A DNA stretch of 64,000 nt from Alphaproteobacteria bacterium. GTDB taxonomy: Bacteria > Pseudomonadota > Gammaproteobacteria > Burkholderiales > Burkholderiaceae_C. The stretch covers positions 30,154 through 94,153 of the forward strand of contig JASGCM010000014.1 in assembly GCA_030054175.1 (NCBI GenBank). Reading direction: 5' to 3'. The position numbers and the translations under genes were made by a program. Positions 29,637 to 40,651 of the stretch are shown here, piece by piece (the stretch's first letter is position 1; every line of letters starts with the position of its first letter). The notes below the pieces were generated by a model. It made no database searches, was not told where the DNA came from, and saw nothing but the letters and a program-made list of their open reading frames with translations.

Positions 29637-32143
29637 GCGGCGTGGGACGCGCTGCCTGGCGAGACATCTGGCGCGATTTGCGCGATACCGAACTGAAGTT
29701 GTTGGCCCTGTCGGTCTTGTTGGGCGTGGCTGCTCTGAGCGCGGTGGCTTTGTTGTCCGATCGTTTGCAGTTGGGCATGAAGCGCGACGCAGCCCGTTTG
29801 CTGGGGGGTGATGTGGTGGTGGTCAGCGATCAACCCACCCCGGCGGTTTTTGAGCGCCAGGCCCAGGCTTTGGGTTTGATCTCAGCCACCTCTCTGAGCT
29901 TCCCGACCATGGCCCGCAATGCCCAAGACGAGGGCCGCTTGGTGGCTTTGAAATCGGCGCAATCGGGCTATCCGCTGAAAGGCCAGCTGAAGATCACCCG
30001 AAAAGATGATCTGTCTCAAGAAGAGGATGTGACGCAGTTGCCCCAACCCGGCGAAGTCTGGGTGGAACCAGCCTTGGCGCAAGCACTAGACTTGAAAGTC
30101 GGCGATGTCTTGCGGGTGGCTCAACTCAGTTTGCGCCTCAGCGCTTTGTTGTTGTCCGAGCCCGATCGGGGGGCGGGGTTCATGAATTTTGCCCCACGCC
30201 TGTTCATGCACCCCGATGACGTGGCCCGCTCCGAACTGATTCAACCTGCCAGTCGGGTGACTTGGCGCATGGCGCTGAGTGGGCCGGCAGGTGCTTTAGC
30301 GACCTATGCCCCGTGGGCCAGCGCACAGGCCCAACGCGATGACGTGCGTGGCGTGCGCATCGAAACTCTGGAGGCGGGCCGGCCCGAAATGAAACAAACT
30401 TTGGATCGGGCCAGCCAGTTTTTGCGATTGGTGGCGTTAATGGCGGGTTTTTTGTGCGCGGTGGCGGTGGCCTTGTCGGCCCGCGCCTTTGCTTTGAAGC
30501 GAGTCAACAGCGTGGCCCTATTGCGAGTGCTGGGGCAAACGCAGCGTCAAATCGTGGCCCGATATGCCATCGAGTCGCTGGGGGTGGGCTTGCTCGCCAG
30601 TTTGGCGGGGTTGGCTCTGGGGTGGGGCTTGCAAGCACTGTTGGTCGAGTTGTTGGCTGGCTTGGTCGAGGCCGAGTTACCGCCACCGGGGCCCCAGCCC
30701 CTGATGTTGGGCGTCGGATTGGGGATGACCTTGTTGGTGGCCTTTGGCCTGCCACCGATCTTGCGGTTGGCCCAAGTGCCGGCCTTGCGCGTGATCCGCC
30801 GTGACTGGGGCACACCCAGTGCCAGTTCTTGGGCGGTATGGGGCTTGGGGCTCGCAGGATTCATCGCATTGATGGCCCAAGCCAGTCAAAACCTGAAGCT
30901 GGGCTCAATCGTTCTGGGTGGTTTTGCGCTGGCCTTGGCGGTATTTGCCGCTTTGGCTTGGGTCTGTTTGCGTTTGTTAAGGGCCTGTGTGAACGAGCAG
31001 ACCGCCCCGATTTGGTTGGGTCTTGCTACGCGTCAAATGGCCGCCCGTCCAGGCCTGGTGATGCTTCAAGTCAGCGCCATGGCCATGGGCTGGATGGCCC
31101 TGATCTTGTTGGTTTTATTGCGCACCGACTTGATGCATGCTTGGCGTCAAGCCACCCCAGCTGACGCCCCCAACCGTTTCGTGATCAACATTCAACCCGA
31201 TCAAGGGGCTGAATTCGAACGCCAACTGCGCCAAGCTGGCGTGCAGGGCTACGACTGGTACCCCATGATTCGGGGCCGCTTGGTCGAGGTCAATGGCCGA
31301 TCGGTGGGGCCCGAGCAATACCAGGATGAGCGCGCCAAACGTTTGGTTGACAGAGAGTTCAATTTGTCTCATTCGGCGGCATTGCCTGTTCACAACCAGA
31401 TCGTGGCAGGTGTTTGGGCCGCCGAAGAAGCCGACGGGCTGAGCATCGAAGAAGGCATTGCCCGCACCCTGGGGCTGAAGCTGGGCGACCATTTGCATTT
31501 TGATTTGGCGGGCTTGGCCGTAGGCGGCAAGGTCACTTCGATACGGCATGTGGAATGGACCTCGATGAGGGCCAATTTCTTTGTCTTGTTCCCACGCTCG
31601 GCCATGCCCGATGTGCCTATGACTTACATGACTGCCTACCGCAGCCCGGACCATGCAGCTTTGGATAAAAAACTTTTGGGGTTGTATCCCAACATCACGC
31701 AGGTCGATTTGACCGCTTCGCTCAATCAGGTGCAGTCGGTGCTGACTCAAGTCAGTCGGGCGGTCGAGTTTCTGTTTCTTTTTGCCCTGTGCAGCGGTTT
31801 GGTGGTCTTGGTGGCCGTGGTGGTGCTCACGCGCGAGGAGCGCGTGCGCGACCATGCGGTGCTGCGCGCCTTGGGTGCGCAAAAGAAGGTGTTGTCTCGA
31901 CTGCAGTCGGCCGAATTGATGGGCACAGGCGCCTTGTCGGGCGTTTTGGCCGCGATACTGGCGCTGGCCGTGGCCTGGTTGTTGGCGCACGAGGTGTTTG
32001 ACTTCACTTGGCGCTTGCCCTGGTCAGTGGTGCCTTTGGGCGGCGTGCTGGGCGCGATTGTGGCCTCGGTGGTGGGGTGGTGGACCCTGCGCGGGGTGTT
32101 GCGCCAGAGCGTCACGCAAACCTTGCGACAATCAGAATCATGA
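29633..32143 (+). CDS. FtsX-like ABC transporter permease (YbbP-type, duplicated 4-TM modules)
   Basis: About 835 aa with two FtsX-type TM clusters separated by large periplasmic loops. ATGA overlap with the fdhD stop. No ATPase gene is adjacent. Confidence 0.8.
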   Translation: MSGVGRAAWRDIWRDLRDTELKLLALSVLLGVAALSAVALLSDRLQLGMKRDAARLLGGDVVVVSDQPTPAVFERQAQALGLISATSLSFPTMARNAQDEGRLVALKSAQSGYPLKGQLKITRKDDLSQEEDVTQLPQPGEVWVEPALAQALDLKVGDVLRVAQLSLRLSALLLSEPDRGAGFMNFAPRLFMHPDDVARSELIQPASRVTWRMALSGPAGALATYAPWASAQAQRDDVRGVRIETLEAGRPEMKQTLDRASQFLRLVALMAGFLCAVAVALSARAFALKRVNSVALLRVLGQTQRQIVARYAIESLGVGLLASLAGLALGWGLQALLVELLAGLVEAELPPPGPQPLMLGVGLGMTLLVAFGLPPILRLAQVPALRVIRRDWGTPSASSWAVWGLGLAGFIALMAQASQNLKLGSIVLGGFALALAVFAALAWVCLRLLRACVNEQTAPIWLGLATRQMAARPGLVMLQVSAMAMGWMALILLVLLRTDLMHAWRQATPADAPNRFVINIQPDQGAEFERQLRQAGVQGYDWYPMIRGRLVEVNGRSVGPEQYQDERAKRLVDREFNLSHSAALPVHNQIVAGVWAAEEADGLSIEEGIARTLGLKLGDHLHFDLAGLAVGGKVTSIRHVEWTSMRANFFVLFPRSAMPDVPMTYMTAYRSPDHAALDKKLLGLYPNITQVDLTASLNQVQSVLTQVSRAVEFLFLFALCSGLVVLVAVVVLTREERVRDHAVLRALGAQKKVLSRLQSAELMGTGALSGVLAAILALAVAWLLAHEVFDFTWRLPWSVVPLGGVLGAIVASVVGWWTLRGVLRQSVTQTLRQSES

Positions 32144-32547
32144 GTGAAAAAGTCGAAGAGGCGTGGGGCAGCGCATTTGATTGGGTGGGTGGCGAGGACT
32201 CGGTGCGCCAATTGGTGGATCGGTTTTACGATCTGATGGACTTGGAGCCCGCCTACGCCGAGTTGCGTGCCGTGCATGGCAGCGATTTGGACTCGGCGCG
32301 CGACAAGCTGTTTTGGTTCATGTGCGGTTGGCTGGGCGGCCCACAGCACTACACCGAACGTTTTGGGCATCCGCGACTGCGCATGCGTCACATGCCCTTT
32401 TCCATCGGCATTCGCGAGCGCGATCAGTGGCTGGCCTGCATGCACCAGGCCATGCAAGACAGCCAGTTGGATCCCGTGCTGATCGAGCGCTTGAACCAGT
32501 CTTTTTTCCAGACGGCGGACTGGATGCGCAATAAGAACACGCCCTGA
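32140..32547 (+). CDS. group II truncated haemoglobin
   Basis: 135 aa with FDWVGGEDSVRQLVDRFYDLM and RMRHMPFSIG (proximal His region). ATGA overlap with the permease stop. Confidence 0.8.
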   Translation: MSEKVEEAWGSAFDWVGGEDSVRQLVDRFYDLMDLEPAYAELRAVHGSDLDSARDKLFWFMCGWLGGPQHYTERFGHPRLRMRHMPFSIGIRERDQWLACMHQAMQDSQLDPVLIERLNQSFFQTADWMRNKNTP

Positions 32548-32551
32548 AGGT

Positions 32552-33499
32552 TCAGACTTGAGCGTTTGTTTTCAGGCCCTTGGGTAGCGGGAAATTCATG
32601 GTCTCGCGCACGCCATCTAGGCTGCGTACCGACACCGCACCCAACTCGCGCAATCGGTGGATGACCCCTTGTACCAAAACGTCAGGGGCCGATGCGCCTG
32701 CAGTCAGACCAATGCGGCGTGCGCCATTGAGCCACTCGGGCTGGAGTTCGTAAGCGTCGTCGATCAAGTAGCTGGGAACGCCCAGTTGCACCGACACATC
32801 GCGCAAACGATTGCTGTTGGAGCTGGTAGGGCTGCCGACGACGATCACCACATCGACCTGACCGCTGAGCAATTTCACGGCGTCTTGGCGGTTTTGGGTG
32901 GCGTAACAAATGTCTTGTTGCTTGGGACGGCGGACTTGAGGAAAGCGCGTGACGATGGCGGCAGTAATCTCTGCCGCGTCATCTACGCTGAGCGTGGTTT
33001 GTGTCACGACGGCCAGTTTGTTGGTCTGGGTGGGCTGAACTTTGGCCACGTCGGCAATGTCTTCGACCAAATGCATCCCACTGCTGAGTTGCCCCATAGT
33101 GCCCTCTACCTCGGGGTGGCCTTTGTGGCCGATCATGATGAACTCAAAGCCCTCTTTGTGCAGCTTGGCCACTTCGACATGCACCTTGGTCACCAGGGGG
33201 CAGGTGGCGTCAAACAAGCGAAAGCCTCGCGCACGGGCTTCGGCCTCGACCGACTTGGGTACACCATGGGCACTGAAGACCAGAGTCGCCCCGGGGGGCA
33301 CATCGGAGAGATCTTCTATGAAGATGGCGCCACGCTGGCGCAGGTGATCGACCACATGGGTGTTGTGGACGATTTCATGGCGCACGTAGATGGGCGCGCC
33401 GAATTTGTCCAAGGCCCGTTCAACGATTTCAATGGCCCGGTCGACCCCGGCGCAAAAGCCACGGGGCTCGGCGAGCAAAATTTCATCGATCATCGCCAC
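32552..33499 (-). CDS. ispH: 4-hydroxy-3-methylbut-2-enyl diphosphate reductase
   Basis: EPRGFCAGVDRAI, conserved Cys ligands, 315 aa. Confidence 0.95.
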   Translation of the reverse strand: MAMIDEILLAEPRGFCAGVDRAIEIVERALDKFGAPIYVRHEIVHNTHVVDHLRQRGAIFIEDLSDVPPGATLVFSAHGVPKSVEAEARARGFRLFDATCPLVTKVHVEVAKLHKEGFEFIMIGHKGHPEVEGTMGQLSSGMHLVEDIADVAKVQPTQTNKLAVVTQTTLSVDDAAEITAAIVTRFPQVRRPKQQDICYATQNRQDAVKLLSGQVDVVIVVGSPTSSNSNRLRDVSVQLGVPSYLIDDAYELQPEWLNGARRIGLTAGASAPDVLVQGVIHRLRELGAVSVRSLDGVRETMNFPLPKGLKTNAQV

Positions 33500-33503
33500 T
33501 CCT

Positions 33504-33959
33504 TCACAAAACGCCGATCAGGCGCACCTGAAACTTCACCGGTTGGTCAGCCAAAGGGTGATTGAAATCAAACAACACCCGCTCGGGTTCGACTTGGCGT
33601 ACCGCACCGGCCATGGCCCCTTGGCCACCGGGAGCAGGGAACTGGACGACATCACCCACCGCATAGCACTCGTCAGGATCACCAAATTCTAACAATAGAC
33701 GACGGCTGACCCATTGGATCAAATCGGGGCTGCGTTGTCCAAAGGCTTCTCCGGCAGCCAACTCGAACGTGGCCTCCTGACCTTCGTTCATGCCCACCAT
33801 TCGCTGCTCCAGTGCCGGCGAGAGCTCGCTGGACCCCAGGGTGAGTGTGGCGGGTAGACCGCCAAAAGTATTGATGATGTCACCCTGTGGACCGGAGAGC
33901 CGGTAATGCAGGGTCAGGAAAGAGCCGGCCTGGACAGAGGGAGGGGTGGTGGTGGACAT
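33504..33959 (-). CDS. FKBP-type peptidyl-prolyl isomerase (SlpA/FkpB-like)
   Basis: 151 aa, conserved partner directly upstream of ispH. FKBP-like beta core with an insert-in-flap region. Confidence 0.75.
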   Translation of the reverse strand: MSTTTPPSVQAGSFLTLHYRLSGPQGDIINTFGGLPATLTLGSSELSPALEQRMVGMNEGQEATFELAAGEAFGQRSPDLIQWVSRRLLLEFGDPDECYAVGDVVQFPAPGGQGAMAGAVRQVEPERVLFDFNHPLADQPVKFQVRLIGVL

Positions 33960-34057
33960 GCGAAAAATCCTTGCTTGGTAGCTATTGTAGGAAGTCTGTC
34001 AAGGGAAACAGTGCACCGTCATGTGAACACCCCCAGAATGTGCCGGGCGAGGCATTC

Positions 34058-34758
34058 ATGGTTATGCTAAGCCTCATGACTTCCACCCTGATGCATCAGT
34101 TGCCCAGCGCCATGCGGCCGCGCGAGAAATTGCTCGCCTTGGGGCCGCAATCGCTCAGCAACGCCGAGTTGCTGGCCATTGTGCTGCGCACCGGTCTGCC
34201 CGGCTTGGGCGTGTTGCATATGGCTCAGAGCCTGTTGGACCATTTCGGGGGGCTGTCTGGCCTCTTGGGGGCGCAGCCCACCCAATTGCGTGTCATCAAG
34301 GGCTTGGGCGGTACGGCGAAACGCGCCGAATTGGGTGCGGTACTTGAGTTGGCCCGCCGCGCCATGGGCGAGCAACTGCAAGTTCGTGAGGCCATGGGGC
34401 AACCCAGCCTGGTGCAAGACTTTGTCCAGTTGCATTTAGGGCAGTTGAGTCACGAGGTGTTCGGCGTGTTGTTTCTGGATGCCCAGCACCGGCTGATTCG
34501 CTTTGATGAGATGTTTCGCGGCACCCTGACTCAAACCAGCGTCTATCCCCGGGAAGTGGTGCAGCAGGCGTTGCAGTGCGGGGCCTGTGCCGTGGTGCTG
34601 GCGCACAACCATCCTTCGGGTCAGGTGCAGCCCTCGCGCGCAGATCAAATATTGACCCAAACCCTGCGCGAAGCCTTGGCTTTGGTGGATGTGCGGGTGC
34701 TGGACCACGTGATCGTGGGGCCAGGCCAGTCGCTCTCGATGGCGCAAAAAGGGTGGAT

Positions 34759-34762
<4 letters not shown>
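34058..34762 (+). CDS. radC: RadC-family (JAMM) protein
   Basis: HhH-like [14 protein letters not shown] and JAMM motif [14 protein letters not shown]. Start uncertain (34058, 34076 or 34091). Confidence 0.85.
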
Positions 34763-36740
<1,978 letters not shown>

Positions 36741-36743
36741 GAG

Positions 36744-37235
36744 ATGGGCATGAATTTATTCACAGTCGCTGGCTTGCGTTTGGCTGCTTTGGGGCTGGTT
36801 TTTTTGACGGCCTGCAGTTCGACGCCACTCACCACCACTGAAGTGGCAGGAGACAAACCGATCACTGTCGCCACCTCATCTACGGCCACTCCGATTCCTC
36901 CGGGGGCGGAGGTCAACACCAATCAATCGTTGATTTTGGGACAGGGTGACCAGTGGGTGGGCCGCATGGTGCTTGATGTGGGGCGCGATGCCGACATCGC
37001 TTACAAGTTTTTCTACGAGATCTATCCCAATCGGGGTTGGACCCTGATCACCGCCGTGCGCGGTGAGGCGAGCTTGCTGGTGTTCAGCAATGCCGAGCGC
37101 AGCCTGAGCGTGGAAGTGAAGTCCGGTCAATTCTGGGGTGGCGGGAGGGTTGTGATTACCGCTTCGCCCAACCGATCCGCTGGTTCCGCCCCTGTCCCAA
37201 GCATGGGGACGCCTTTGCCCGCACTTCGCCCCTGA
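36744..37235 (+). CDS. putative lipoprotein
   Basis: Signal peptide with lipobox LTAC. No other recognisable motif. Confidence 0.6.
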   Translation: MGMNLFTVAGLRLAALGLVFLTACSSTPLTTTEVAGDKPITVATSSTATPIPPGAEVNTNQSLILGQGDQWVGRMVLDVGRDADIAYKFFYEIYPNRGWTLITAVRGEASLLVFSNAERSLSVEVKSGQFWGGGRVVITASPNRSAGSAPVPSMGTPLPALRP

Positions 37236-37275
37236 AGGGCTGAACCGACCTGTTAGAATGCTTGCTTCGACACCC

Positions 37276-37367
37276 GGAGAGATGGCAGAGTGGTCGAATG
37301 CGCCGGACTCGAAATCCGGTATACGTTTTTTGACGTATCGAGGGTTCGAATCCCTCTCTCTCCGCCA
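37276..37367 (+). tRNA. tRNA-Ser (anticodon CGA)
   Basis: Acceptor GGAGAGA/TCTCTCC. Anticodon stem CCGGA/TCCGG with loop CTCGAAA. Long variable arm ATACGT...ACGTAT. T-arm GAGGG-TTCGAAT-CCCTC. Encoded G-CCA end. Confidence 0.95.
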
Positions 37368-37412
37368 GAACAAGTCCTGCTAACTCGCTCAGTTGGGTTG
37401 TCAGGCGCTCAG

Positions 37413-37438
37413 AGCCCCGCACCACGCGGGGCTTTTTG
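37413..37438 (+). terminator. rho-independent terminator of tRNA-Ser
   Basis: AGCCCCGC-ACCAC-GCGGGGCT followed by TTTTT. Confidence 0.8.
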
Positions 37439-37606
37439 CTATGGGCTCCTGACTGACCCCATAGCCACCCACCCCCGAAATCCGTCTCAAACCCCGATTC
37501 GTCTCAGAACCTCCTGACTTTTTGGCCGTGGTACGGCGGAAAGGGGTTAGCGACAAAGCTGGGTTTTTCGAGCCGTACCGATTGAAGTGATCGCTACAAA
37601 AAGCCT

Positions 37607-39430
37607 TTATTCCTCAAAGCCGTGATTCTTGAACTTGAGTTGGTTGCAGTTTTCCAGAACCGCTCGCTGAGTTGACTCATCAAACCCCGTAGCGGCTTCA
37701 GCCTGAATCTCCAAGCTGACCTTGACTTTCACGCCAGGCTTTGATGTGAAGAGCATGAGCACCTCCTCAGCCACTTCAGAGAACTGGAGCTTTGCTTTGA
37801 CCGGGTCGAGCTCGACCTGGCCGAAGAACACAGTCTTCTTTGCGGCCGGGGTCTTGGGTGGGGTGTCACCGCCAGCGCCGCCACTGCCACTCCCTCCTGT
37901 TTCGCCGCCTCCGCCTACTCCAGCACCCGCGCCAGCTCCTCCGCGGGCGCCGGCGCCTTGACCGCCAGCATCGCCTTTAGCCTTGACATCCCGCTCTGCC
38001 TGCTCTTTAGCCAGCAGGTCTGCGAATTTTGCGGCCGCGGGCGGCTCGACTAGCAAGAGAGCGTCGTCAAAGATCACCGTCGTTTGTTCGCCGAAATGGA
38101 AGCCTTGGTAGCGCCCTTCCTCTTCGCCATATGCGATGCCGAAAAAGTCGCGTGAGGAGACGCCTGCCCCGATGGTATTGCGCATAACGAGGTCGTCTTT
38201 GAGTCGGGGAAGATATAGGTAGCAGCAGGTCTTCTGCCATGCCTCGACCGCAGACACCGCAGGCTGATCCTCCTTCCAAAACCACGCTTGCAGCATCTTT
38301 GCCAGGTGGATCGGGGCCCATTCGGTGATGAGCAACTCGTGTTCGCGCAGAACCTTCTCGATTTCTTCCGTGCGATTGACCGCGGCTGGGTTGATCTGGA
38401 AGTGGTCCCATTGCAGATCGCCGATTCCTTTGCTCGGCTTGGCCTCTTGCAGCGGGGCTAGCAGCCACTTGTAGGTCTCGCGCATCATGCGGCCTAAGGC
38501 TTCGGAAGCCTGATCGTGGCTGTGACCCGCGAGCTTGCTCTGATGCACGTCGAGGTTGAGGCGTCCTTCCTTGACGTCGTCAACGATGGACTTCCAGGCG
38601 AGAACCGATGTGACTTGGTCCTTCAAGCGGGACATCGAGTCGGCATCGGGTGCCAGAAAGATCAAGCGGTTTTGCTTCTGCCGCGGCTGGTCGCCGCGCG
38701 TCTTCAAGATCGTCGTGGCCGCATCGATCGCGGCGGATTGGCTCGCGCGTGAGAAAGTCGCCTCGGGAGCTAGCACCACCAAACGGAGCTGCCAATCGTC
38801 CGGCACGTCGGCAGAGCCTGTGAAAACATGTATAAGCACGATGCAGGGAGAGGCAGAAGCCAAGATGTCTGCCAGCGCGCTCTTGCCAGGGGCCGTGCCA
38901 TCGGCGTCCGCTTCCTTGATCTTTGCAAACGCATCGGCTCCGCCAAGCTGCCAGGCGAGCTCGCCCCAGATCGTCTTGATCGTGGTCTTGCCATAGACGC
39001 GTGGCTTGCTGGCCATATCGAGCAGCTCGACGCCATCAAGCACCGCGACCTTCGCCTTGGGAAGCTCAGAGATGCTAGCGTCGTCTAGGATCTTGCTGAC
39101 TCCTTGCAGCTTCGAGGAATGCTTCTCACCCTTGGCCAGGTGGTAGACCGACAGCAGCGTGTGGGTCTTGCCGCCCCCGAACGCGGTCTGCAACTGCACC
39201 ACCGGGTCTCCGCCCCTACCCGCGATACGCTTCACGACGGAGTCGAGCAGAAGGCGCATACCCTCGGTGATGAAGGTCCGCTGGAAGAAGAGCTCCGCGT
39301 CCTGGTATTCAGGCGTAGCTATGCCTTGATGTACCTTCGAGATGTCGGCTGCAAACTCAGCCTGTTGGAACGTGCCCTTGAGAACGTCATCGTGTGGAAC
39401 GGCGATCTCGCGCCAGGGTTTCAATGCCAT
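37607..39430 (-). CDS. DUF499-type P-loop ATPase, apparently internally deleted
   Basis: N-terminus [17 protein letters not shown]...[17 protein letters not shown] and C-terminal half (RLVVLAPE...NRLIFLAPD...[16 protein letters not shown]) both match my memory of DUF499. The protein is only 607 aa and has no hhhhDE Walker B after PCIVLI. Confidence 0.75.
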   Translation of the reverse strand: MALKPWREIAVPHDDVLKGTFQQAEFAADISKVHQGIATPEYQDAELFFQRTFITEGMRLLLDSVVKRIAGRGGDPVVQLQTAFGGGKTHTLLSVYHLAKGEKHSSKLQGVSKILDDASISELPKAKVAVLDGVELLDMASKPRVYGKTTIKTIWGELAWQLGGADAFAKIKEADADGTAPGKSALADILASASPCIVLIHVFTGSADVPDDWQLRLVVLAPEATFSRASQSAAIDAATTILKTRGDQPRQKQNRLIFLAPDADSMSRLKDQVTSVLAWKSIVDDVKEGRLNLDVHQSKLAGHSHDQASEALGRMMRETYKWLLAPLQEAKPSKGIGDLQWDHFQINPAAVNRTEEIEKVLREHELLITEWAPIHLAKMLQAWFWKEDQPAVSAVEAWQKTCCYLYLPRLKDDLVMRNTIGAGVSSRDFFGIAYGEEEGRYQGFHFGEQTTVIFDDALLLVEPPAAAKFADLLAKEQAERDVKAKGDAGGQGAGARGGAGAGAGVGGGGETGGSGSGGAGGDTPPKTPAAKKTVFFGQVELDPVKAKLQFSEVAEEVLMLFTSKPGVKVKVSLEIQAEAATGFDESTQRAVLENCNQLKFKNHGFEE

Positions 39431-39442
39431 ATTCTCTTCCCC

Positions 39443-39979
39443 TCAAATATCGAGTTTGGTCTGCGAACCGAAGTGCCCCTTTTCATGGGAAGCCGCTTCG
39501 ATGCCAGTCCAGGATGTGATCAGTTCGTTATAGGCGCGGGCGTCATCTGCCCAGCCCTTGCGTTCGCAGAGCGTATAGAGCCGATACGCCAGACTTCGAA
39601 TGGGCTCGGCCCGCTGAGGCATGCCCGCAAGTAGCAGGCCTGCGGCTGTCTCGCCCTGGGACCTGAGCTCTCGGATCAATTGATGAAGCGCTTCCCAGAC
39701 CGGCGTATTGTTGTCCTGCTCGGGAGCCCAGTCCTGTGGATACTCGGCAGGTTTCAACAAGCGAACCTTGCCCGCTCCCGCCTCGATAACTTCGGCATCA
39801 CGGACGTGATCAACAGAAGTGCCTTTCGCCCGAGCAAGAACATCAGCCTTGCCAAAGTCTCCTGCTGACCAGCCTTGCTCGTCGAACCATCCAAGGCAGA
39901 ACTGTGTGTCCGCGTCGAACTCGTCCGCTCCTTCTGTCAGCATGCGATTGATGATCGTTAGAGCTGTGTGTACGCTCAA
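39443..39979 (-). pseudogene. methyltransferase fragment C (C-terminal ~178 aa)
   Basis: (L)[31 protein letters not shown]...[27 protein letters not shown], the typical C-terminal region of DUF1156 methylases. No ATG (the track start is TTG). Confidence 0.75.
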
Positions 39980-39980
39980 G

Positions 39981-40648
39981 CTCGTTTCAACTGACCCGCC
40001 TTATTACGACAACATCGGATATGCGGATCTATCCGATTTTTTCTATGTGTGGATGCGACGAGCTATCAAGGACATTTTTCCTGAGCTTTTCTCCACCGTG
40101 GCCGTTCCAAAGATGGAAGAGCTAGTGGCTACGCCCTATCGTCATGGAAACAAAGAGAAGGCTGAGGAGTTTTTTCTTGATGGTATGACGGAGGCTATGC
40201 ATCGATTGTCGACGTATGCCCATCCTGCGTTTCCGACCACAATTTACTATGCATTCAAGCAATCTGAGACGACCGATGTCGGCACTGGAAATACCGGCTG
40301 GGAGACATTCCTCGAGGCAGTTATCAGAGCGGGGTTCGCTATAACTGGAACTTGGCCGATGCGAAGTGAGCAGGAATTTCGAATGGTCGGTATGGGAACG
40401 AATGCTTTGGCTTCCAGCATTGTTCTTGTGTGTCGTTCCAGGGCGCCAGAAGCGGGCTCTATTTCGCGGCGAGATTTTCTTCGAGAGCTTAAAGATGAGC
40501 TGAAGGAAGCTGTTGAGGCAATGATCGGTGGATCTGAGGGTGTGTCGCCCGTAGCCCCTGTCGATCTAGCTCAGGCGGTTATTGGCCCTGGCATGGCGAT
40601 ATTTTCAAAATATTCAGCCGTGATCGAAGCCGATGGCAGTCCCATGTC
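39981..40648 (+). pseudogene. methyltransferase fragment B (catalytic middle ~223 aa), inverted
   Basis: [27 protein letters not shown]...[25 protein letters not shown]...[30 protein letters not shown], read on the plus strand. Confidence 0.8.
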
Positions 40649-40651
40649 CTT

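Noticed and set aside
37580-37587. GATTGAAG near the island's left end as another copy of the AGATTGAAA motif
   Set aside because: A 7-8-mer is expected several times by chance in 64 kb on two strands. Only the 9-11-mer matches at 46072-46100 and 59418-59499 were kept.
37722-37961. Pro-rich 79-aa plus-strand ORF (…[25 protein letters not shown])
   Set aside because: It is the antisense reading of the Gly-rich linker ([25 protein letters not shown]) of the DUF499 protein.
39819-39977. N-terminal 53 codons of the plus-strand track ORF 39819-40667 ([14 protein letters not shown]…)
   Set aside because: They are antisense to methylase fragment C. Homology to DUF1156 methylases begins only at [10 protein letters not shown], and there is no SD. 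Likewise, the last 6 codons (LAISL-stop) are antisense to fragment A.
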